Positions 45,599 to 52,441 of a stretch of DNA of 52,441 nucleotides are shown piece by piece. The notes under the pieces are model-generated. The model worked only from the letters and a program-made list of their open reading frames with translations. It was not told the origin of the DNA and made no database searches. The stretch covers positions 124,001 through 176,441 of the forward strand of contig JALAGF010003586.1 in the NCBI GenBank assembly GCA_030167865.1. Reading direction: 5' to 3'. Made by a program: the position numbers and the translations under genes. Every line of letters starts with the position of its first letter. The first letter of the stretch is position 1. The DNA is from Craspedostauros australis. Lineage: Eukaryota.

Positions 45599-46073
45599 TC
45601 TATAATGGAATTATCGTAGAATATCTCGAAATAAGATGCTCCACGAACTAAGAGCTATCCCTTTTGTGCAGATCAGTCTGTTTCATTCCGCTCGTCTTTT
45701 GGGGTTGCTGTTTTGCTGTCGAGGTTTGGAGATGGCCTGGTTTGATGTCAAAGCGGGTGGTACCGCTGGTGTCTTCCGAAAGCGGCCTCGCCTTCCTCGT
45801 GCGATTGCAAGTGCGCATACGAATACTCTGGGGCGGACCTGGCGTCACGCATGTTCTCGCAGACGAGGCCAAACCTCGACATCATCGATGTTGCTGTTTG
45901 GTACCACCACACCTTTGCTCCAACACGCTCATGTTCCAGCTTCTACTCTTCTGGAATCGCTGAATTAAAAAGGCGTACGTAGACCCAGTAGGTTTTGAAT
46001 TCACGTAAGAGTCAGTACTGAAACTACGGTTATCGCCAACGGTTTCGGAACTCGTGAACGTACGTTGCCAACA

Positions 46074-48956
46074 ATGACAAAACGCATAAAATTTAAAAAG
46101 ACACAGAGTGTTTACAAGACCAGCATGACGCCAATGACAAAGGACGACGATGGTGACCCCTCCCGCAGCAAACAGCGCAAGAAACAAGTGAATTTCGGAG
46201 GAGTTACGATTTCGGGCATTCCCAACAACGGCATCGCTAAAAAGCAAGCGGTGTGGACGTCAGAGGAAGAGACAGAGGCAAAAAGGAAGATGACGACGAG
46301 CAACGCCAAGCCGTATCCGGAATGCGTAGGAGCAGGAGACTCGGTCAACACAGCATGGCGGGTCGTTCGGAGCCACCTTGACTGTGAAAGAGGGGACCTG
46401 GAGTCGATGGAAGCATGGGTCGATGTGTTCAAGAAAGGCAGAGCTTGTCACTGGGACGCAGCCACAAACCAGAAGGTCCAACAGATGGAAGCAAGGCTGC
46501 TGGCCACGAAAGCAGACATGTTTCCACCAGTGTTCTGGGAAGAAGGGAACATCATGGGCAGCATCATGACCAACCCTTGGATAGCAGCTCGCAAGGTCAA
46601 CACAGCCAACCCAGCGGAATCACCGGAGAAGCGACGTAGAATCGGCGACACTGAAAAGGCAAAGTCAAACAAGCCAATGAACCAGCACACCAACGGTAGA
46701 CAAGAGGACAAGGACACCGCGTCAGCACCCAAGGCCACAACCAACAAGAAGAAGCCAAGCCCGATCAACACAAAAGACGCCGGAAAACCAGTGAGCTGTA
46801 CCAGCAACCCATACAAGAAGGGCTCCCCGACATTCGCAGAGGCGTTGAAATCGGTACCAATGACAACAGGCAAAGACGGGGCAGTTTTGCTTCCAGCCAA
46901 CCAGTTCTTCCTGAGCAAACCCATGGTGAAAAGAGACCACAAACGCAACGTCAATGAATCCCTGGGCAGGCAGTTCAGTACCTACTGCACGTTTCGAAGC
47001 CCTACTCTGAAAGGCAAGGACAAGGCCGTGGAGAAGGAGGTGACCGAAGCACTAGCAATGGTCATGGAACACTTATTCACCCAGGACCCCGACCTTGTTA
47101 TCCACAGGTGGGACGGTCAGGGTCAAGGACTTACTGCAAGCAGTGACAGAGTGACCTCCGCCTCCAAGATCAGACACTACGTGAACAAGATGTACACAAA
47201 GGCAGGGAAACAAACCTGGTGCCGTTTCTACTTCTCACACAACAAGGAGTGGGCTGAACTGCAGGACGATGGACAGCTGTCAGACAACGACATCATCTTG
47301 TCCAAATGCACTGTTCAAGCAAGGGAAGAAGTGCCAGTCGGGTGGTTTTGCGCGAGTCATAGATCCACCAATTGCAACGACCTGACTGAAGCCATCAACA
47401 ACCTGGAAGACGTCGTGAAAGCAAAGATCAAGGTCGGCATCAGGATGCAAGCAATCAAACTGGACAAGTATGAGAAAATCAAGAAAGAGGACCAGGTCTA
47501 CGCAGCTCACATCTTGGCGAGTAAGGAGGACTCCATCAAGTGCGAGCAGATTATGGGCAAGCTTTTTGCGGCAGGAAAGAACAGAATCCTAGGCAAGCGG
47601 CTCCGCTTCATTTCGGACCTCACGGATGAACAACGACCAGCAACTCATGAAGACAGACGCAACGCGATGCTCTACAAAAAGAAGCAGAAGGAGTTCTTGG
47701 AGGGCACGAAGACCACCATCGTTTCCTTCATCCACGGACTCGACTATGTGGAGCCCAAGAACAAGGTATCCCTGCGCAACGTCCTCTCTAAGCTGATGTC
47801 AACATCAGGAGACAAAGAAGGGTCAGCGCTGTTCTTGGCGGTGGAGAACGGAAGAAATTGGGGGGACACGGTATTTGTCTATAGTCAGGAGGTGGCAGAT
47901 GAGGCAAGCATGATTATCCCGCTCCTTCCCACTGTCATATACAAGTACTGCGGAGGCAAAGCAGCAACCTGGTTCACGGACTATATCTGGGACGCCAACA
48001 CCAGCTACGAAATGAACATGCACGGAGAGATTATCAAGGCGGATTGGGAGAGAGATATCCTCAAGAAACAGGTGGATGACGAGTGGTACGCCAGCATGGG
48101 ACTTCAACGTCCAGAAGAAGACACAGAACAACAGGAGGACGCACAACCCAAGATGACCTTCGCCATTGACTTTGGTACGGTCCCGAAGACCATGGATGGA
48201 GACCACGGATCGGTAGGGGTGATGCGACGATGGCACAACTGCGACGACGTTTCATTGAAATCAGCCATAACGTCGATGAAATCGCAGTGTCCGGAAGCCA
48301 AAAAAGAGACAATGCGAGTGGTTGGCGAGGCGATGAAAAAGCTGGAAGTGATTGACCCGCAGGCTAGAGCCCAATGGATGGAAGCTCTGCTGGGCCCCAG
48401 TGTAGCCGAGCAGCCACAACGCGCCAACACCAACGACGTGGAAGCCCAACCAGGACAGGATCGGCTCGGGCAGACTCCGGAAGGCAGGGACGTCGACCAA
48501 CCAACCCAATCCTTGCAAGCGCTCAGAGACCGGAACAAAGACGACGATTTCGTGGGCGAAGCGGACGACGGATCCATGTCAGATGTGTCTATGGAGTCTG
48601 CAACTCCATATGGCGGAGACGATGCACACCATGCCGAGGTAGTCAACCTGGTGGACATTTCGTCAGACGACGGATCGGTGGAACCATCAACCCAGCTAAC
48701 CACCCGCACAATGCAAACAAGAGGCCAAACCAAGAAACACCAGAAGTCAGCACTTCAGAACAACAGAAAGGGGAGCATCCCTGAGAGTGAGGAACCCAGA
48801 AGAGCGGTTAGCCCAGTGAAGAAGGCCCGACCAAAGAAGGGTGCACCAAAGGGGAGGAAAGAAGGGCCAAGCGTGAGGCCAACAACGCAGCAAGGAACAA
48901 CTGCGCCAACCAACGATTCCACTGCCAGCGACGAGAGGGTCGCAGGCCAAGCATGA
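46074..48956 (+). CDS. Retrotransposon ORF1 protein (960 aa), no recognised domain
   Basis: First in-frame ATG at 46074 and TGA at 48954-48956. Lys-rich, with a globular-looking core and a disordered acidic-then-basic tail. Lies directly upstream of the APE-RT ORF. Confidence 0.85.
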   Translation: MTKRIKFKKTQSVYKTSMTPMTKDDDGDPSRSKQRKKQVNFGGVTISGIPNNGIAKKQAVWTSEEETEAKRKMTTSNAKPYPECVGAGDSVNTAWRVVRSHLDCERGDLESMEAWVDVFKKGRACHWDAATNQKVQQMEARLLATKADMFPPVFWEEGNIMGSIMTNPWIAARKVNTANPAESPEKRRRIGDTEKAKSNKPMNQHTNGRQEDKDTASAPKATTNKKKPSPINTKDAGKPVSCTSNPYKKGSPTFAEALKSVPMTTGKDGAVLLPANQFFLSKPMVKRDHKRNVNESLGRQFSTYCTFRSPTLKGKDKAVEKEVTEALAMVMEHLFTQDPDLVIHRWDGQGQGLTASSDRVTSASKIRHYVNKMYTKAGKQTWCRFYFSHNKEWAELQDDGQLSDNDIILSKCTVQAREEVPVGWFCASHRSTNCNDLTEAINNLEDVVKAKIKVGIRMQAIKLDKYEKIKKEDQVYAAHILASKEDSIKCEQIMGKLFAAGKNRILGKRLRFISDLTDEQRPATHEDRRNAMLYKKKQKEFLEGTKTTIVSFIHGLDYVEPKNKVSLRNVLSKLMSTSGDKEGSALFLAVENGRNWGDTVFVYSQEVADEASMIIPLLPTVIYKYCGGKAATWFTDYIWDANTSYEMNMHGEIIKADWERDILKKQVDDEWYASMGLQRPEEDTEQQEDAQPKMTFAIDFGTVPKTMDGDHGSVGVMRRWHNCDDVSLKSAITSMKSQCPEAKKETMRVVGEAMKKLEVIDPQARAQWMEALLGPSVAEQPQRANTNDVEAQPGQDRLGQTPEGRDVDQPTQSLQALRDRNKDDDFVGEADDGSMSDVSMESATPYGGDDAHHAEVVNLVDISSDDGSVEPSTQLTTRTMQTRGQTKKHQKSALQNNRKGSIPESEEPRRAVSPVKKARPKKGAPKGRKEGPSVRPTTQQGTTAPTNDSTASDERVAGQA

Positions 48957-51900
48957 GAGTCCCTTTGGAGACAAACAAGGGAGGGCACCCGAAAAGGGAG
49001 TCGTCCCAGCTGGTGCGAGGGCGTAAAAAGGAGGGAGGGCGGACGCAACCAGAGGCAAAGGAGCCACCGAGCAAGGAGACACAGGAAGAACAAAACAGAG
49101 GATACAACAACACATGCAACACAAGGCCAAAGGAGCCACCAACGATGACAAAAGAGGTGAGATCAACTAACATACCGGCGGGCCATTGTTCGTCACTAAC
49201 TGGTAATACAAATAACGACGACCGCCGTAAAACAGCCTCAACGAGGGAAAGGAGAGGAACAGAGCGAGTCCCGCCAACTGAAACCACAACGACTGACAGG
49301 GACGAGTCGACAGAACGAGAAGCGCGCGAACCGAGGACCCATGACAGATCCCCACCACAAAGGGCACGCGAAATGCCAGAGGAAGGAATTTTCGGCAACA
49401 GAATGAGAACTCCGGACACAGGAGCGATACGACTGGCGTTCCAAAACATTGGAAGATTGCCGGTGGAGCCATGGAAAGGAAAAAACAAGCAAATCGGAGA
49501 AGAGATACAGAAAAGGCACATTGACGTGCTGATGCTGGCGGAGATAGGGCTCAACTGGAGGGCAATGAAGGAAGGAGACTCCTGGGCCCGACGAGTGGGT
49601 CACTGGAAAATGCGAGCCAAAGCGACGGCATCCTACAACCACAATTGCGCATCAACAAACAAAGTGCAATTTGGAGGCACGGGCATAGTCACTGCCAACG
49701 GCTTGTCCAAGAGGGTGGTGGATGAGGGCGAGGACCTGAGCCGCCTGGGAAGATGGGTTTGGCAACGAATTGAGGGACGGAAGGGTAAACATATCCGGGT
49801 GGTGGCCGCCTACAGGGCGTGCGCGTCCTCTAGGCCAACTTCCACGTGGGCACAACAGCGTACCCACCTGCTAGAACAAGGAGACAACAGGGAACCAAGA
49901 GAAGCGATGCTACTCGACCTGGCACAAGCAATCCAAGAATGGAAACAAGAAGGAGACGGCGTGATAGTGGGCATCGACGCGAATCAGGACGTCGCCAAAG
50001 GCAGTTGCGCAGAGATGTTCGAGGCACTCGGAATGCGCGAAGCCATCACTGAGCTGCATCGAGGGCATCAACGACAGGCTACCCAGCACCGCAACAAGAC
50101 CCACGTCCCGATCGACGGCTTGTATGCGACAAAGGACATTGAAGTCACAGCGGCCGGGTACGCAGGTTTTGGCGAGGCCATCCACTCCGACCACCGCATG
50201 ATATGGATCGACATCAAGGAGTCAAGTGCGATTGGCAAATTGAACCCATTGGTGGGCGTGGAACCAAGACGCCTGCGAATGGCGGACAAAGCGGCAGTGC
50301 AAGCGTACCAGGAATCCCTTTGGAAGAAGGCGCAACAGCTGGGATTTCATTGGAGGATGGAAGAGTTGGAGCAAGCAGTGAGGCTGCAGGGTACCGTGAC
50401 GGCGGAGTTGGCCACCGAATACGACAGCATCGACAAGGGTATGGACAAACTGCGCATGGAGACCGAGCGCGAGTGTAGGAAGCTCAAGATGGGGGCACTG
50501 GAGTGGTCACCAATGCTGAAACGACTACGAGACACAGTGAGACTGTGGACAGCAGTGCAGAAAAAGTACAGCAACATACACATCAGCTCGTCGCTCATCC
50601 GTCGGTTATCCAAAAGGCTTGGGATCCAGCGACCTCGTCAACTGGGGCCAGCAGAAGTGGCAACCAGATTGGTTGAGGCACGCAAAGCCTACAAAGAGGC
50701 CAAGCCCCGTGCATCCCAGATGCGTGATGACTTTATGAGGGACAAAGGAGAGAAAGAAGCAGCCAAATGGGGGACGGCCATTGAGAGCACCCCTAGCCAC
50801 GTCCGCAGGGCGAGAGAACGACAGATCCGAGACAACCGGAGGTTAAAGGCGTGCCTGAAACCAAAGCAAACCCTGGCTACCAAGGTCACGCTTACTGACG
50901 ACGACGGAAATGTCACAGTGTGTGATACAAAACATACCATCGAAGTGGCTTGCATCGAAGAAAACAAGCGAAGGTTCCATCAGACAGTGGGTACCCCGTT
51001 TACGACCGGACGTCTCCGCAGCCGGTTTGGTTTCTTGGCCGACACCCAAGAAGCCGATGCCGTGTATAAGGGAGAGTGGCAGCCCACGGTACAGGAGGAC
51101 ATGTATCCGCGGATGCTGTTGTCTCAGGTGGGGCTTACACCATCGGCGGTCCCGAATTCCACATTTACCATCGAGGACCATGTCGAAGGCTGGGCAAAAC
51201 AGAAAGAGAGAACAGCGTCGGAGCCATCGGCACCGCATTTCGGGCATTTTAAGGCGGCGGCGGAACATGAAGGTCTGGCAGCCATTGACTGCAGGTTGCG
51301 CAGGATACCATACGAAACAGGATTCACCCCAGCATCGTGGACGGTGATGACAGACTTCCAAATCCTCAAAAAAGCAGGAGTATTCGACGTCACCAAGATG
51401 CGGACCATTCAGCTCTTCCACCCGGCCTTCAACATGAACAATAAGAAGCTGGGAAGGGACCTCATGGTTACAGCTGAAAGCAACAATCGCATGGCCACAG
51501 AACAATTCGGCAGTCGAAAAGGCCACAAGGCGTCAACCGCAGCCCTGTGCAAAAGGGTGGTGGTGGATGTGATGCGCCAAAAACGACAAGACGGGGCAAT
51601 CTGCTCTAACGACGCCAAGTCGTGCTATGATCGGGTGGTCCACAGTGTGGCCTCCATGGCCATGGTGCATGCTGGGGGGCGAAGGTCAGCGGTGAGGTCG
51701 ATGTTTGGCACCCTACAGAAGGCGCGACACCACGTCAGGACGGCATACGGAGTGTCAGATCGCTCGTACGGCAATACAGGGTGGACGCCGATGCAAGGGC
51801 TGGCTCAAGGAAACGGCTGCGGGCCGGCGGCCTGGGCAGCTATAAGCTCCCCGATGTTCGAAGCAATGCGGTCCAAACAACACGGAGCGCGGTTCAAGTC

Positions 51901-52441
51901 GGCCCTTAGCGGTCAGGAAGTCAGCCTGGTGGGTTTGAGTTTTGTTGATGATGCGGATTTGATGATCTCGCAACCAAATGAGCACTTCAGTACCGTGGCA
52001 CAACGAACTCAGGCAGCGCTCACAGATTGGGAAGGGGTTCTCCGAGCAACAGGAGGAGCCTTGGTGCCGGCCAAAAGCTTCTGGTGGGGTCTGTCGTTTG
52101 AGTACAGGTCTGGAGGGTGGAGGATGCAAGCGGCCCGAGCGACTCCAGCCCAGGTGAGAGTGCGGGATGCGGCAGGGATCCAAACGGAGCTGCGGAGGCT
52201 CGACCCACGCGAGTCAGAACAAACTCTGGGTGTATTCATGAACATGGAGGGTACTTCAGAGGCACAGGTGCGATACCTGAGGCGGAAGGCCGACGACTTT
52301 GCGGACAAAGTGGTTTCCGGAGGCCTGCGACAAGATTTGGTGTGGATGGCAATCACTACGAGGATTACTAAGACGTTGGAATACCCCATGGAGGCAATCA
52401 CTCTTACCCAACGGCAGTGGGACTTCATATACGCGCCGATT
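48953..52441 (+). CDS. Retrotransposon ORF2: apurinic-like endonuclease + reverse transcriptase (partial, at least 1163 codons, open at window end)
   Basis: Translated by hand with no stop from ATG 48953 to the window end. APE: IRLAFQNIG, LMLAEIGLNW, QFGGTG, VAAYRAC, GIDAN (49970-49984), PIDGLY, SDHR (50186-50197). RT: EQFGSRKG, SNDAKSCYDR (about 51605), QGLAQGNGCGP, FVDD (51941-51952), ATGGALVPAKS, EQTLGV. Confidence 0.95.
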   Translation, partial: MRVPLETNKGGHPKRESSQLVRGRKKEGGRTQPEAKEPPSKETQEEQNRGYNNTCNTRPKEPPTMTKEVRSTNIPAGHCSSLTGNTNNDDRRKTASTRERRGTERVPPTETTTTDRDESTEREAREPRTHDRSPPQRAREMPEEGIFGNRMRTPDTGAIRLAFQNIGRLPVEPWKGKNKQIGEEIQKRHIDVLMLAEIGLNWRAMKEGDSWARRVGHWKMRAKATASYNHNCASTNKVQFGGTGIVTANGLSKRVVDEGEDLSRLGRWVWQRIEGRKGKHIRVVAAYRACASSRPTSTWAQQRTHLLEQGDNREPREAMLLDLAQAIQEWKQEGDGVIVGIDANQDVAKGSCAEMFEALGMREAITELHRGHQRQATQHRNKTHVPIDGLYATKDIEVTAAGYAGFGEAIHSDHRMIWIDIKESSAIGKLNPLVGVEPRRLRMADKAAVQAYQESLWKKAQQLGFHWRMEELEQAVRLQGTVTAELATEYDSIDKGMDKLRMETERECRKLKMGALEWSPMLKRLRDTVRLWTAVQKKYSNIHISSSLIRRLSKRLGIQRPRQLGPAEVATRLVEARKAYKEAKPRASQMRDDFMRDKGEKEAAKWGTAIESTPSHVRRARERQIRDNRRLKACLKPKQTLATKVTLTDDDGNVTVCDTKHTIEVACIEENKRRFHQTVGTPFTTGRLRSRFGFLADTQEADAVYKGEWQPTVQEDMYPRMLLSQVGLTPSAVPNSTFTIEDHVEGWAKQKERTASEPSAPHFGHFKAAAEHEGLAAIDCRLRRIPYETGFTPASWTVMTDFQILKKAGVFDVTKMRTIQLFHPAFNMNNKKLGRDLMVTAESNNRMATEQFGSRKGHKASTAALCKRVVVDVMRQKRQDGAICSNDAKSCYDRVVHSVASMAMVHAGGRRSAVRSMFGTLQKARHHVRTAYGVSDRSYGNTGWTPMQGLAQGNGCGPAAWAAISSPMFEAMRSKQHGARFKSALSGQEVSLVGLSFVDDADLMISQPNEHFSTVAQRTQAALTDWEGVLRATGGALVPAKSFWWGLSFEYRSGGWRMQAARATPAQVRVRDAAGIQTELRRLDPRESEQTLGVFMNMEGTSEAQVRYLRRKADDFADKVVSGGLRQDLVWMAITTRITKTLEYPMEAITLTQRQWDFIYAPI

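Larger units (their letters stand above)
45960..52441 (+). mobile_element. Non-LTR retrotransposon (ORF1 + APE-RT ORF2), probably diatom Ambal-like clade; 3' part lies beyond the window and the 5' boundary is approximate
   Basis: Two long intronless co-oriented ORFs, a shift to an A/purine-rich sense strand, and APE and RT motifs in ORF2. The clade assignment is inferred from host type and motif style. Confidence 0.9.

Noticed and set aside
1..52441. tRNA, rRNA, CRISPR or telomeric repeats
   Set aside because: The GTTCGAA-like T-loop hits I checked (about 20954, 22168, 23350, 42938) lack cloverleaf context. No repeat-spacer arrays or TTAGGG runs were seen.

Overview
Gene-dense eukaryotic genomic DNA, most consistent with a diatom (inferred from a bipartite plastid presequence with a DA-FAP cleavage motif, GT-AG introns of about 170-550 bp, poly-Q proteins and a DUF285 surface protein). 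It carries 19 host protein-coding genes: an HMG-box protein, CTP synthase, a Q-rich orphan, a RING+PDZ-like protein, a plastid HEXXH M41-like protein, a membrane hypothetical, a MAPR/cytochrome b5-like protein, a GT31-like glycosyltransferase, head-to-head RPS15A and RPL35A, a Zn2Cys6 transcription factor, an MFSD5-like transporter, an NDUFB8-like subunit, a coiled-coil hypothetical, LSM1, three tandem MATE transporters and a DUF285 repeat protein. The last 6.4 kb is an uninterrupted non-LTR retrotransposon, probably Ambal-like. Its 960-aa ORF1 has no recognisable domain, and its APE-RT ORF2 (missed by the ORF track) starts at an ATGA overlap with the ORF1 stop and runs off the window end. The best leads are a highly structured segment in the conserved c.133 intron of RPS15A, the retroelement's structured leader and AUGA coupling, stepwise loss of proton-coupling acidic residues across the MATE triplet, a CaaX-ended MAPR protein and a DHFR-type double E2F site upstream of CTP synthase. 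All calls come from manual reading; no searches or folding programs were run.
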